A stretch of DNA of 64,000 nucleotides from the human T2T-CHM13v2.0 reference genome, Homo sapiens (GCA_009914755.4 CP068257.2:14144001-14208000); one strand, 5' to 3'. Positions 1-15,130 are shown, counted from the stretch's first letter. Translations and numbers: made by a program. Notes: a model not told the origin generated them from the sequence alone.

Positions 1-2919
1 TCTTTAGGAACCAAGAGGAGATGGTAGGAGGAGACCTACTGAGGCATGCTGTAAAATTCTGGTGATAAAATATGTTTAAATTAAGAGGGTCAGGAAATCA
101 TGGCATTCCCCTTTCACCTACATGCTTTTTTTTTGCACCACAATTCTACCATGTGGTATGGTTAAGGTGTATTGTGATAAACCCATTTCTTTAAAACCCA
201 TACTTTTGTTAACAGTGAATGACAATATCTACCATATGACTGAATTGAGCTACTTGGGAAATGGCTATTATTTTTAAATCTTAGGTGACTTTGAGGAGCA
301 ATCATCAATTACATGTATCTCTTGAACTTTAATCAAAGTTGTTACACTTTGTGCCTCATTTGATCTCTGCAAAGAAAGTTATATAGGAGTGCTGGGAAGA
401 TGTTGTCTTGGTTCGTATCCCTAACTTTCTTGCCCTTCCAACTTCCTTTTTGGAATGGTGTGACAAATGGTTCAGGCTTTACTTGCTCCTAGAAAGTACA
501 TTTGAGGCCACACATTCTTGCAAGTCCTGTGTGGGGAGAGAGAAGGCAAAGGAACTAAAAAGCTTACATTATCTCAGTATATCAATGTGATGTTTACATT
601 AAATATTTTGTATGTAAACATGCCAATCAAGTGGTGTATATTTTTTGGTAGAGCAGAAGACGGGCGTAAAGGAATTGACTATACTTAAAACATTTCAAAA
701 GACCTTCCTGGGGTTTAGTAATCTTAGCCCAGATCTGGAATGTGAAAAATGTACTTAGGGTGTATTGTGCAGAAATCAGATGTCCTCAAGTTTTCTGTAG
801 CTGATGTATGTATGAACCATTTCCTGCTTATTGTGATATGTGTGATCTGCTCTGTTGACATTATTAAGAAGGATTTGTTTCTTGTTATAATTAGTAGTTA
901 AATATAACGACAGATGTTCATATGCTATAGATTCAGGATTACGTCTGGTTCTTTTAGACTTTTGAGCAGTTTATATTTTAGAATATGCTGTAGAATCCTC
1001 TTTTTACATATTGTCTGTCTGCACTGGTACTAGTCAATTGCTGGGTACCTCTTCTATCTCTTATATAGGATCACTGGTACTATTTGTTTTATGGTATCGT
1101 TTTTATCTGCCTTTCCCAGAACTTATTCCATGTTTTAGTCTATTTATTTCTGACTACCAAGATACAAATAAGTTTGCTGTATCTCAACGTCTAAATATAC
1201 ATATATATTACAAAAGGAACAAAATTTTCAAATGAGAATACTGCCATTTATAAAAGTCAATAAAAAGTTAAATATCCCCTCTATATAGGGCAGTCTTTTG
1301 TATTACAGTTACTTTTTATATACTGTGCATTAACCTTTCTTTTTTGAGCATAAACCAGTCTTGAACAAATTCAGTTTGTTCAGGTTATTATTATTCTGCT
1401 GAACTGCAAAATTTAACTGTTAGAAGGTCTTTAGGACCTCCTGGGTCTCCAATAGGAGAGTCAAGTTGACTGTCTTTCTATCTCTCCCTTGTATTCTTGA
1501 AAACTTGCTTTCTGGTAACAGTAGAATGTTCTAGATATTCTTTGGTTTTCCTCTGCCCCAGTTCATCTAACTAAATGTCTTTCAAGGAGTTCTATGTCTT
1601 TTCGTGAAACAAGCCTAGAGTCTGGGGTTGCCTGTGGGAGTTGGTTTTTGGGCAGAGAGTAGTGCTGGCCAGTCGGGTCACTCTTAAGTGTGACAGAAGT
1701 AGAAACTGTTTACTTTTCACTATATGAGTTTACATTTTAACATATCATGTTGTTACCAGTTTTTCAAAAATGTGTGTTTTATTGATTCCCAAAGACTGAC
1801 TTCTGTATTCACATGGATATTTTAGATTTCCTTGTATCTAATGTCTTGTGGTAAATATTGCTGTTAAGGATAAAATAATAATATTTTGACATTAATCTGA
1901 TAGGATAAAATCTTTAGGATAAAAATGGTGTGAAATGAATGAGATTTTCTTGATAAACCAAAAAGTTGAAAAAAACTAATCTTTACTCAGGTTCTGGTAA
2001 TTAACACAAAGTGGTTAAGATACCTGAATGTTATTTATGCTGATTTAGAATAATAAGTAACAAGTTTCTTTTTTTTTTTTTTTTTGGCTGAAGCCAAGTA
2101 GCAAGTAACACATTTCTTGAGCAGGCAAAATGCTTGGTTAGATCCTATGTGGGAACCAGGGTTTTCCAGTTATGATTATACTTATGTTGTTGCATGCTCA
2201 GGAGCAAGAAACATCATTAAAGTAGCATTACTTTTGCCATGTTTAGATATACTTAAGATATTCATAGGTGAGTTTATTTTGGAAAGGTTAACTATCTTTT
2301 GTTATTCTAATATGTATTCTAATATTTATTTCATTAAATTTTCCCAAAGGCAAACTTTTGGGCAAGGCAGTGAACATACAGGTTTTCTTTTCCTTTACTT
2401 GGCTCTCATAGAGGCATAGATCTCAAGAATTGAAAGGAATCATAAAGTTTAACTCACTGAACTTTTTTTTTGTAGAAGAAGAACTAAGTGGTCGGTGATA
2501 AAAGTGCAACTTGTTCAGTTTTTAATGTTTTCTTGATTCAGAGTAATTGTTATAAAAAGTGGTCATCATGTTATATTGTAAATATGTACTTTAATTGTTA
2601 TTTCTCAGAAAATTCATCTAGATGGTATATTCCTGGTACTAATATCTAATTTGTTGAAATGTGATTTATTGTACTTTCTATTATATAAAACTGCCATTTT
2701 ATGTTTGAAATTTCATTTTTCTTAGGAAAAAAGACTATACTTCTCTATGTATTAGCATTGACACTGCTAAAACGTGTATTTGAGTAAAGTTAGTATTAAA
2801 TATTATTTCTTCAAATACATTATTGAAATCTTATGTAATGAAAATGCTTTTAGAATGTGTGATATGCCTGGGATATATACCATTATATAATGCTGCATTT
2901 TTTTCCACCATTGATTAAG

Positions 2920-3082
2920 AGTTCTTGAAGCCAGCATAGCAGAGAATAAAGCATGTTTGAAGAGGACACCTACAGAAGTTTGGAGGGATTCTCGAAACCC
3001 TTATGATAGAAAAAGACAGGACAAAGCTCCCGTTGGGCTAAAGAATGTTGGCAATACTTGTTGGTTTAGTGCTGTTATTCAG
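2920..3082 (+). CDS. USP25: USP25 coding exon (inferred exon 6, aa ~131-185), Cys-box of the USP domain: [54 protein letters not shown]. Enters in phase 2, with AG from the upstream exon completing Arg.
   Basis: Acceptor ttccaccattgattaag|A and donor CAG|gtaagg. 163 nt translating in frame. Contains the [16 protein letters not shown] catalytic Cys motif. Continues in frame into the next exon. Confidence 0.9.
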
Positions 3083-6000
3083 GTAAGGATTTTTCTTTAT
3101 TCAGTTCTTATTTGATGTGTGTGATAGCAATGGAAAGTGAGTTGGTTGTGTTTAAGTTGTGTACTTTAAAGATAAGTACAGATAAGTTTTTAATATACTA
3201 TTTTGTCTAATAAACTAGCTTGGGGATTGAAGTATCCTCCCATCCCTCTTTGTTTTTCATTTCTAGTATGTATTTTTTAACAGTAGATCACTACTTATGC
3301 CTTTCACTTATTTGGAATCAATTTATCCTTTCCTTCTGCTTTTAGGAATTGTTGGGGTGGAAAGAGTTTTGTATATATTTCCCTGCAAATTTATGGAAGC
3401 ATTGTAACCAAGTTTGAAACTAGAACTGGCTTTCTGTGGGTCAGATCAGATTTATTTGTATATACTAGACAGTGTTATTTATAGAATTATAGACACTTAG
3501 TATTTTTAATAAGCATTTTGTTTGAGGTTGGTATAGATTTGCAAATCTGAGTTTGCATGTGAAATGATGTGATGAATAAATATTGATAAATCAAGAATAA
3601 CACATTGTCTTTTTTTACTAAGAAATCCCTTAATGATACATTTCTTGATCTGCTTATTCTAAAATAAGAGACATATGTATGTGTAGATATCCCTCTTTTC
3701 AATTTGGAACAGTTTTCTTTTACGTGTTTAACAACTGTTATCAAAATTCTTTATCATTCTCGGTTGACATTGATAATGTTATCCATCAGATTGCAAAACT
3801 TTAAAACAATTTATGAATAATATGTCCTTAATTTTTATTACTCCTTAGGAAAGTTAACTAATGTTTTGTGTTCGTTTTTGTGTGACAGTTGAATTATAGC
3901 TTATTATTTCATGTTCGTGATGAATGCTTTTTCCTTCATTGGACATGCATGCTATTTTTTGTATTCAAAATATATCTTCATTTTGTAACTTTCCAAACCT
4001 GTGTGTATGACAGCTTAAACTTTCATATGATATTAAGGCAACTAACAGGTTATTTGGTTCATTTTCTACAAGTTAATTGTTTTTGCTAACTTGTAATTTT
4101 AACTTTTTTTTATATACTTCAGTGCTAAAATTTTCACCGTTTTCTCCCTTTTTGCTTCTGGTGCATAATATCATATAATTTGATTTTCTTTGTTTTTCTG
4201 GATTTACCTCACTTTTTAATATGCTGTGGTGCATCCTAATAAGTAATATGCTATGTTATTGGCTTTCCCAGGACATGAAGATGCTAAGGAATACCTGGAT
4301 TAACATAAATCTATAGTAGTATCTTTGCTTCTAGCCTTGATTATACGTTGTTTACTTACATGCCAAAAAGCAATATCTAAAATATTGATACCTTAGAGAT
4401 TCTTAGATCATCTTAATAGGCTATCTCACTTTACTTGCGCTATCTATTAAGAAGGTTTGTGCATATGATAATTTAGACATAATTTTAAAATATTAAGTAT
4501 AGTTTTAAGGCTCTGAACTGAGTGCTCATGAACATGTTTTGCTGCCTGTGTTTGGTCAAGTAGATGCTATCTCAGCACTATTATGGCAAATACATGAGGG
4601 TCATTGATTAGAAGCTTTTCTTAGAAAGGTATAAGAAGAAAGAAAGTATTTGTAAATAATATTGTTAGAATAGTTGCTTTTTATTTCTCTATCCTGTATG
4701 TGTAGGGAAGTTCTGTTTGAAATGATAAATGCTGATATAGGGATAATGACCTTTTGTTTTAGTAGGATAAAACTTCTTTCAGCAGCTCAGTTTAATCTTG
4801 ATACAGTTACAATCTGTTTCTACCCTAAGTTTGCTAATCTTAGCTTTTCTAGCTTTTCTTTTTAGCTTAGATTTTTTTTTTTAAGAAGGAGGGAATGGGC
4901 TAGAAAAAAATTATCTTTTAAAAAAATGCCTAGCTTATTTAAAAACTAGTAATTGTACTAGTTTTAAAATTTTATCTAAGTTTAGTGGCTGCTTAACTCC
5001 TAACATAGGCAAGTATAAGAGGGCTTGAGTTATTTATTTTTTCTTTTGGTGAAATCTAAACATCTAGGAGAAGTAACCTATAAGCTTAAAAATTCAGGTT
5101 ATAATGGCCTAATAAGATAATGGCTTTTGAGGGAGTAGAAAACACTAAGCATCAGATTGTGGAAAATGATGAGTGGGCAGAAAAATTTGGCTAGAGATCA
5201 CCTGAAGTTTTATTTTTTATGGTAATTTTAAAATCTATCAAACTATTTTAAGTAGCTTTTAACTTTTATCTTTGGTAGAGTCTTCTTAAAAATTTTCTAC
5301 CATTATTGCTTAACTCTAAGCTATAAACTGAGATATAATACTTGGCCATCATAAATTGACTTTTTACTTGTGAATGAAAAGTTGGGCCAAAAATCTACCA
5401 TAGTGTTGGAGGTTTTGTTGTTTTCCACAGTGAGTTGGAACTTACTCAAATTGTGATGTAAATGTACTGTAAAGTTTTGATTACAAAATTTTCTCGGGGA
5501 TGGAATTTACTTAGTAGGACTAATTTGAAACATCTGGGAATTCTTTTTCTTGTAAATATATTGACCAGTTATAGAAGTTTGCTAGTAATATCACCCTTTA
5601 ACTTCAAAGTATATAGCTGGGGTAGGCTACAACAGTTATAGATAGCTTTGCATACTTATTATTTTAGATACTGAGACCAATATTTTGGTAGAAAGGGGGA
5701 ACAGAATGTAAGAAAGGGAATATAAACAAAGAGAAGATTGTACAGATAATGGCTTAAATAATCTTTTGGCTGCTGGCAACATTAGCCTGTCTTTAGGTTA
5801 GACATCAACCCCACAGCTAGTCAGGATTATTTTTGTCCTATTCACTTGGTACTTTTATGTAGAAAGTACTGATTGCAGCTGTTCCCCACTAGGGTGTCAC
5901 TGAATGAGTTAGCTATTTGGAGGTGTATGTTCTTCTCTGTAGCTCTGGGACATGTCGTTGAAGTGGTATGGGTGCTCATGATGATCCTTAGCCCCTTAGC

Positions 6001-8149
6001 ACCTTTCCATTTGGATGCCGAGAAGTAAGGTGCTCATACTTCTCAGTTTGCTTGTCATAGTCCCTTTTACTCCTATTGTAGATCTGTTGGCACCTGTCAC
6101 TTAGTCCTAAAGCCCTGCTGTGTATGATGGTAAAGTATGTGGTTACCTTACTCATAAATCATATAACTGCAGGTTGACTAAAATACAGGCACCCTGAGGG
6201 CAGAGAGCACATTTAGGGTACTCTATATTATATATATAATACAGGGTCTGGCACATTGGAATAGCCCATCAAGTAATTATTGCATGAATGGATGAATGAA
6301 CCAAAAGGGAGCATGTATGGAGTATCTAAAGTAGTACGTGAGGATATTTTAAAAAATGATGCATATTGTCAGAACATTTCAGGATATAATTTAAAATGCT
6401 TATTCATACTCCTTGCTCTTCTCTCTTTAATTTTCATCAAAGAAAAAATCATGTGGCACTAAAATGCTTAAACCTGTCTGCTTCCTAGTCCTGCCCCTTG
6501 AAAGAGACCTGTATCTAATCCATTTCTTCTCTATCTTCATTTTTCTAAATGACATGCCTTCCCACTGAGATAGATGAGGAATTTGCTCTTTCAGTTCACC
6601 TGCCTAGAATTGCCTTTTGTTTCATCTCTCAACATGGTTATAATACAAATTAAAAATAGTAGGTAGTCAGTATTTTCATTTTTTATAACTTTGTAAATGT
6701 TACAGTGATTCACTAGGTCCTCCCATCTATAGTACTTTGTTATCCTGGAGTTGTCAATTGCTACCTTTTTCCCCTATTTTCTATATACTTTAATATTTTC
6801 TAAATGCTTCAACATGTTTGTTATGGTCTTAATAATATATTCTGTATGCCCACACATATTTGCTTCATTTTTTTGTTTGTTTGTTTTTGGAGTTCTGTCC
6901 CATAGACCATTTCTCTGTTTCAAATTTGGGGTGAATTCTGATTCTTTGTGGTTTAAGCATGATCACTCGCTTTCTAAAAGTAAGTCTAGAGAAATGGGAT
7001 TGGTCGATGTGGGTATCAGTTTACATGTTTTTACTTAATCTTGCTGTTTGTAGCTCTCAATCATCTCTCCTTTGTACTGTGACATACAATTTGACTGATT
7101 TTTCTGAACCTGAGTCATTTAAGATCTCCAAAGACTAAATTTCCTATACACCCACAGAGGGGAGGCAATTGTCTGAATGTGCTGGGTCTGGAAAGCACAT
7201 GGGGGTTTAATTGTTCTGTACATAGACTTGTGGTTTCAATAATGCCATCTATTTTTCAATCCCTGCCTCACCATGAAACTTATGTGATACCATGCTAATT
7301 TTTTTTTAATCCTCCGAGGAGAATTTATCACGCTTCTCAGTCTTCTCCACTGTAGGCAGTTTATGTTTCATTTCCTCTGCACTCTTGCCATCACTTCTTT
7401 CTTTTTCACAAATTATTTGAACTCTTATCCCCCATTATGTCTTTGTTATTAGCAAGAATCTAACCAAACTTCATTTTCGTAAGTGCTTTTCAAAATTCAC
7501 ATATTAGCTTTGGACTGAATGAAAGGATGGTTATTTTCAGGTGCATTAATCAAAAACACTCTTCAGGCAGTAAAAGTTACCCTTTCTTACCTCTTTTGAA
7601 GGAATACATTGGACAGTCCTCATATGACTTTGGTGAAGGATATAGGGTCTTTGGGACTTGAAAAACTTAATTTTTATGATTTGTTGTGATAATCAATGGT
7701 GATGAGTTTCACTGAGTAATGGTAGATGAGGTTGTTTTAGACCATCTGCCTTGTGATGTTTTGCTGGATTCCAAAACAGAAATAAAACCAACCTTTTGAG
7801 GGCATCACAGAGTACTAAAGCAGTGAGGAATTTTGAGTAAAGAAGGATAGTCATAGAGTGAGCTTGTTATTTTTGATGGATTTTGTCCTTTAGGCATCTC
7901 CAGAACTGACTGCTGCGTAGTTGAGGAACTAAGAAAATTTTTGCACAAAGTTTGAGCCCTAGTAAAACATCTTAGACTGTGAGTTGGAATTCTAAATGGT
8001 TAGAATGTAGCATTAACTGAGAACTGAAAGTTAAGACAGGCTTCCTAGTTTCTGAATTATATAGTTTTAAGTTATCTCAGAATTTATTGGATTAAGGCGA
8101 CCTGAGACTGTGACTCTAGTCTCCCTGCCTGCCAGAGCAAATGTAAATT

Positions 8150-9080
8150 CTCTCTTAGAAGATAGTATTATCTGGAACCTTTCCTCAATTTTTCATACAC
8201 AATGTCTAGTACTCAGGTCAGTCATACCAGAAAATAAGATGTGTGTGAAAACTAACACAAAAAAATGGACAATAGAAAACAGCACAGGGAAACTGGAATA
8301 CTTGTCTGCCATAATAATAATTAATATGTTCAAGGAATTAAAAGCAAGATTGCGAGTCTGAAGAAAACTAAAAACTGTAAAGAACAAAATGTAAATTTCA
8401 GAATGGAAAAATATAAATGAAACTAAGAAGTCAGTGGATAAATTTAGCAGCATTATTAGACACAACTGAAGAGATAATTAGCCAACTGGTAAATTAATCT
8501 GGAGAATATTTTTCAGACTAAAGCTATGACATAAAGATGGGAGCATCAAAGAGATACTTTGGATATGGTGAGTAGTACTAACAGTGTATTTGTAGTTCCA
8601 GAGGGAGAGTAAAAGGAAATAGGGCAAAAGCATGTTTGAAGAGATTACTCACAATATTCCAAACTTGAGAAAGATCAAGCCATAGATTCAGGAAGCAATA
8701 GGAATCAAATAGTATAAACATAAAGAATACTGCACCAAAGTACATCATAATAAAACAAATAACTATAGACAAAGAGAAATCCTAAAAGTTGCAAGGTGGA
8801 AAAAGATACACGTATAAAGGAGCAAAAACAAGACTAATAGCTGACTTTGATACCTTTAAACATCAAGTCACACATAAGCAGAAATAATGTCTTTAAAGTG
8901 CTAGAAATAAATAACTGGCCATCTTGAATTTTATACCTAGCAGAAGTCTTTAAAAATGAAGAAAAACTAGCTGAAATAATTCTTCACCAGCACACCCACA
9001 CCAAAGGAAGTTCTAAGTATCCAGGAACAAGGAAAATTCTCTATCTACAATGGGAGCTCAGAGAATAGAAGTGGGATTGA
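8150..9080 (+). mobile_element. Old L1 (L1M/L1P-like) fragment covering the ORF1 region
   Basis: Resembles the L1 ORF1 to inter-ORF consensus; A-rich, degenerate coding sequence with no intact ORF. Confidence 0.55.
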
Positions 9081-9160
9081 AATTCTTCTAACCTGCCAAG
9101 ATTCTCTTTCCTCTTTAAATTCCTCAAAAGAATAGTCCATGGTTTGTCTCCCCTACTTAA

Positions 9161-9498
9161 CAGTAGTCCCCCTTATCTTTGGTTTCACTTTCTGCTGTTT
9201 CAGTTACCTGCTGTTAATTGTGGCTGAAAATATTACAGTACTGAGAGAGAGAAGGAGAGGGAGAGAGGGAGAACACATTCATATAACTTTTATTACAGTA
9301 TGTTTTCTTTACAATTGACCTATTTTATTATTCGTTATTGTTGCTAATCTCATACTGTGCCCAATTTATAAATTTAGCCATTATAGGCATGCAAGGAAAA
9401 AAAACATAATATATATGGAGTTCAGTAATATCTGTGGTTTCCGGTATTCAGAGGAGATTTTGGAATGTATCCTTTTTGGATAAGAGGGTGCTACTCTG
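9161..9498. mobile_element. Tigger1-derived non-autonomous DNA transposon (pogo/TcMar-Tigger MITE) with terminal inverted repeats
   Basis: Left end CAGTAGTCCCCCTTATC and right end ...GATAAGAGGGTGCTACTCTG are reverse complements, matching the Tigger1 TIR (CAGTAGTCCCCCCTTATCCGCGG...). The right end is followed by TA. Confidence 0.6.
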
Positions 9499-11174
9499 TA
9501 CCCCATTTTCCCATTATTTAATGCCTCTGTTCTTCCTCTACCACTCCACTGCAAACATGACTTTGCAGTTGCCAAATCCAAAGGTTATTTCTCTGTCCTT
9601 AATTTATTGGAAGAATGTGGCAACCTTTCATGATATTGCTAATCTTGTCCTCCTTGAAATGTGCCAGCTATTTTTTGATGTACAGCAGAATCTTTTGTGG
9701 AACTTTGTATCTTTATTGAGAGTCCCCTGACACAGCTATTTTTTAAAGCTCCGCAGTTTATTAGAATACACAAGTATGTTTGAAAGCCCTTGTTTTCTCC
9801 ACTCGTTTTTCTTCTGTGATTTCCCTTAGTATTCCTTTCTCTTTTTCAAAACTCTTTTTCTTTTTTCCTGTGATTTTTAAATGGTGCTTTCTCCCCAAGG
9901 TTCTGATCTTGGCCAACTGTTAATGTATTCATATCCCTTCTGGTTTATTACTTCTACTCTTACTGTTTTAAAAAGCAGTCACAAGACTGTAATCCCTACA
10001 AGGGCAGAGACTACCTTCTTAGTGTCTGGCATATAGTAGATGCTCCATAAATATTTGTTAAATGAATGAATAGATGATTTATTTTATGTGCTTATATTGT
10101 TGAATAAATCTTTCTAGATCACAAGATAAAATTTTTTTTTACAGTTTCTGTTACCAGCTTTATGGTTTTACCTTTCATATTTAGGTTGTTAATTGATCTA
10201 TGTAATCTGGCTCTATTTCTTTATATGTAGTTTTCTCAATACCCAACTGTTGATCAAAACCTTGTTTCCTCATTGATTTGTGGTGCCACCTTTACCTTCT
10301 GTCAAGTTGGCTGACTCACCTTTTCTAAGATTTGAAACATTATCACTTCCTGTATAGTAATTTTCAAACTTTATAAACTGTGACCCAAGAAAGGAATATA
10401 CTGTATATTATAAAACATTTTACACATACACAAGTGTGTAAAATATCTACAATGAAAATTTTGCAAGAAAATACTCTGATGTATTTACTGAGTATGATAC
10501 ATTGTGATATTTTCCATTGTATTTTATCTCATTTTAAAGAAATGTTCAGTATGATGATAGTAAATGGTTGCAAACTACAGTTTAAAAAACATACTCCAGG
10601 AAGCCTTTCCATGGGCATCCTGCATATGCTCCATTAGATTCTTGTGTAATTATTATCACTGCATCTTGAAGTCACGACATTTCTATTACATGTCTGTCTC
10701 CTTTCTAAATTGTGTACTTCCTTGAGCATTGAGATAATATGTAATTTCTTTGTGTCTCTATTACCTAGGATCTGATGAGTAAATTTATTTGTACTCCATT
10801 TTTCTAGTATTAATGATACATCTAGATAATTCATGGTAAACATAGCAGGTCTAAAAAGTTTTGGACTTGACATTTGCATACTCTTTATTTTGAGGAAACT
10901 GCTTAAGTGCATATAAAAAGAGCTATTAATAATGAGTAGTATATTTAAAAAGTTGTCCAAATATAATCTTGTGCACTATCAAGTATCAAGAATGGTATGT
11001 CAAATAAAAGAAACTTGACTTTTTCTCAGAAGTATGTCCTCCTTGTGCCAGTTGCAATGATTCTGAGTATAAGTAGTACACAGTTGTAAAAAATAAACCT
11101 CCAAGACTAGTCATTTTTACATTCTGCTAATGGAATTTTCCCTCAGGTTATGTTAAATTGTTGTTCTTTTTCAG

Positions 11175-11261
11175 TCATTATTTAATCTTTTGGAATTTAG
11201 AAGATTAGTTCTGAATTACAAGCCTCCATCAAATGCTCAAGATTTACCCCGAAACCAAAAG
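11175..11261 (+). CDS. USP25: USP25 coding exon (inferred exon 7): [29 protein letters not shown]
   Basis: Acceptor ttgttctttttcag|TCA and donor AAG|gtaaaa. 87 nt, phase 0 to 0. Confidence 0.9.
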
Positions 11262-11739
11262 GTAAAATTCAAAAGATTTTTTTAAGCAGTATATATACTC
11301 TATATGTTCTCTTATATGTGATTGATTTTTGGGCATTTACTTGGCTCATCAAATCTGAAACTGTCAATTTGAATGTCAATTCATTAATCTTAGTTACCAT
11401 AGCAAGTTCTTATCCTTTGTTAATATATTATAAATACGACTTTTTTCCTTTACCTGTCACAGTAATATGCCAATTTTTGGTGTCGCTTTAGTAATTTTTT
11501 TGGGGGGGACTGTCAAATTTCAGTAAACTTTATAGGCTATAGTTTACAATTTAAGGTCTTTCCTCAGTTGTCTCCTAAAAAATTTTGTGGAAATCGAAAT
11601 TTCTTTTCAATTGATCGTCTTGTGCAGCCCTTTAAAAAATGCGTTTTGCATTCATGTCTTTGCAGTACAAATCTGTATCTTTCATTTTGGAAGTGACTGT
11701 CATAGATGGGTAATATAAAGTGACAACACACACACCAGG

Positions 11740-11950
11740 GCCAGATTGCGTGGGTTCTAGCTAGGGACCTAGAGCTGGTTACTTGATTTCTCTCTGTTCC
11801 ATTTACTATCTGTAAATCATATATAATAATAGTAATTATTTCATAGAGTTGCTGTGAGCATTAAATGAGGTAAAACATGTAAGGGGCTTAAAAGTGCTTG
11901 GTACATAGTAAGTACTAGGTGTCAGCTATTGTCAGTTAAACAATAAAAAA
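11740..11950 (+). mobile_element. MIR SINE fragment
   Basis: ...cttggtacatagtaagtactaggtgtcagctattgtc... matches the MIR 3' half. Confidence 0.5.
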
Positions 11951-13689
11951 AATTAAAAAAAAAAAAAGACTTATTTTAAAAAGAACCAGTTTGCACACAG
12001 AATTTATACCTAATGGAAAAAATTACTTATGGAGATGATATAGTTGCGTGTAGGGCTTTAGTGGTTGATCTTGTCATAAACAATCTGTAGTCCTAAAGTG
12101 GACTTATTGCCAAGGCAAGGGAGTTAGTTTTAGGTTTCAGTAAACTGCTGAACTTTTTTGACCTATTTTTAGTAGGAGTGATGAAATATTAAATTATGTT
12201 TTCGTTTTAGCGTTTAATTTTTAAAACCACTTTTTCTTTTTCTGTAAACACGTGAAACATTTATAATGCATGCTAGTGGGAAGATAACTTGATTTATAAC
12301 CAGCTTTTCAGGTTATAATCTCTGGGCTGTAGAGTGTCAGGCTGATAAACAACCCATTTTCAAAAGGGAGTCAGGATCGTCTGACAAACTCTTATGTCTC
12401 CAGAAAAATTAAGGAAAACCCTTTCAATCATTATGGTTTTTACATGGAACTTTCTGAACTATTGCCTCTGTCATTGCAATTTGTTAATATCACAGTTCTT
12501 CTCTCTTCTCATATCTCAAAGTATATGTATAATTTGTGTGAAATGGTTGAGAATTATCATTTCTAGTTAGGTATGCATGTATGTATATGCATCTTGACCA
12601 TTTATGGTCCTGGATTTTAATGTTTTACAGAGCTTTAATTTCTTTTGTTCTTCACAGAGTTGAATGAGGCCATGTTAGTTTGTATTCTTATTTAAAAAAC
12701 AGTTGCTATATTTATGCTTATATATCAGAACGAGTTGTGAATACTAGAGAAATGTGTAATTCCAGTCTTCAGCACCTTTCTAGAGAAGTTTGTTTCTTGC
12801 AATGGGTTAGCCTCTCCAGGTGTCCCTTTAGCTTAAGGAAATAAAAGAATTTCTCACTTCCATTCTGAGACAATTACTTAGAATACTGTGCAATTTTATA
12901 TGATTATTCCACAAATGTGACTCTAATTTAGTATAGTGACAGCAGTACACACTATACCTTGACATCTTTGAAGCAAATGGATTTATAGATAGTTATCAGC
13001 CACTGAATGGTCCTATATTCACTTGAGATGGTGACAGCAGGTTTTTAAAAAAGGCGTGAGTGTAACTTGTCACTTATTTAATAATGAATTTACCGCCAAC
13101 TCGTGACATGTCTACAGCTACATTCAATTTGAACACTTTGTCTTAAGTTGCAGAATACATTTGGGATTACTTTGATCACATCACAGAGATGCCATTTGTA
13201 TGCACTTTTAAACAGGATATTTTTTGCTAGCAAAATTTGCCACAAATATTACATACATATTGAGTGAGATTTGAAAGAAATCTAGTATTTGAAATTAGTA
13301 TGTATTTTAAGTAGACTTGGCAATTGCTTGTAGAAATTGAAACTAATTTTAGACACTCAGGTTTCTTTGAACTGTTGGTAATTTCAGTGTCTAGGAGAAT
13401 TGTGAGGTCCCTGGAAATATAATAATAGATCCTTGATGTAATCATCCCCTCTCCCCTCACACAGATATACATTTGGTTTAAAATGTTTCAGACTGATGGC
13501 AAAGCATATTAAATGTTGAGAAAACAAAGATGCACATGTATAATATTTAGTGGAAATCATCATGTAAATAGCTAAAGCCTTATTAATTGGAAGGTTATAT
13601 TATTTAAAGTCTTGATTTAGGACAAATATTTCAAAATAAAGAAATTTATCACTTTCCACTACTTAAAGTGAATGTCATCAGAAGGAAAT

Positions 13690-15130
13690 GGGTTTAGTTG
13701 AGTACCATACTGTATTCCTGGAGCAAATACCTGAAGGAATTTTGAATTTTACAAATAAAAGGGGCATTCTGAGATTTCTGCCATTAGTCATGAAGAAGTA
13801 ACAGGAGCTGGATTTATAAGTCTCAGTGCATCTTAGAGGATTCAAAGCATACAAAATACCTTTTCTGATGAAAATGGTAGAAATCAAGGTAGAAATCAAC
13901 AACAGAAAGATATACAGAAAATCCCCAGATAGTTGGAAATGAAGTAATTCACCTCTAAATATCCCAAGGGACAAAAAAACAAATCAAATGAGTAATGTCA
14001 GAATATTGTAAGCTGAATGAAAATTAAAACATGACATATCAAAATTTGAGGATGAAGCTAAAACAGTGATTAGTGGAAGATATCTTATAAGAGACATCTT
14101 ACCAGACATCTTATTAGAAAAGAAGAATGGTTTTCAATTAATGATAGCAGCTTGCATATCAAGACATTAGAGAATAAAGGGCACGTTAATCTCAAAGCAG
14201 AAGTAAGGAAATAATAAAGGTAATAGCAGAAATCTGTGAACCAAATATCAGAAAAACAATACAGAAAATTATGGAACCAAAAACTGCTTCTTGAGAAGAT
14301 TGGTGAAATTGATGAACTTCTAGGTAGACTAAGCAAGAAAGAAGAGGGAAGACATATATTACAAATATAAGGAGTGAAAAAGGGAAACATCACTACATAC
14401 TCTGTAGACACTAAAGGGAGAATAGTGGAATATTATAAACAGCAGACAAGTATCTTGAAAGTCACAAGCTATCAAAGCTCACTAGTGAAGAAATAGATAA
14501 CCTGTGGTAGCCCTACATTATATTAAAGGAACTGGAACCTGTCCACCAAAAAATTCAGCAGCTAAATAGTTTTACTTGTAAATTATATTAAGCATTTAAA
14601 GAACAAATGATAACAATTCCCTATAAATTTGTACAGATACTTAAAAAGTAAAACTTCCCAACTCATTTTGTGAGCTAAGCATTACCCTGAAATGAAAAGT
14701 AGGAAAATACATTTCAAGAAAAGCAAACCACACACCAATATTTCTCATGAATTTGGAAGCAAAGAATTGTAGCAAATTTTTGAAAAATTAAATCCTGCAA
14801 TTATATATAAAGGATAATACCTCATAGAGAAGTGGGGCTTATCCAGGAATACAAAATTGGTTTAGCTTTCAAAAATAAATCAGTATACTTCACCATATCA
14901 ACAGACTAAAGAAGGAAAACCATATTATCATCTCTGTGGATGAAGAAAAATGATTTGACCAAAGCTAAAATCTCATTTATGGTAAAAATCTTCTAGAAAC
15001 TAGGAAGCAATTTACTTTTCAAATATGCTTCTCAGCAGAATTCCACTAATTTCCAAAAATTATTACTTCCAATTTTGTTACTGGGAATGTCTCAAAAAAC
15101 TGCATTGACTTAGGTGCGGTGATAAAGAAA
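13690..15130 (+). mobile_element. Old L1 (L1M-like) fragment, ORF2 5' region (endonuclease to start of RT)
   Basis: Alignable to the L1 ORF2 consensus (ttcccaactcattttgtgag...ccaatatttctcatgaat...caccatatcaacagactaaagaag). Degenerate, with no intact ORF. Confidence 0.65.

Noticed and set aside
2920-3082. Alternative assignment to the paralogue USP28
   Set aside because: USP28 has SLFQLPEFRRLVLSY after the Cys box and, as far as I recall, lacks the 19a/19b muscle exons. This sequence has [15 protein letters not shown] and both extra exons.
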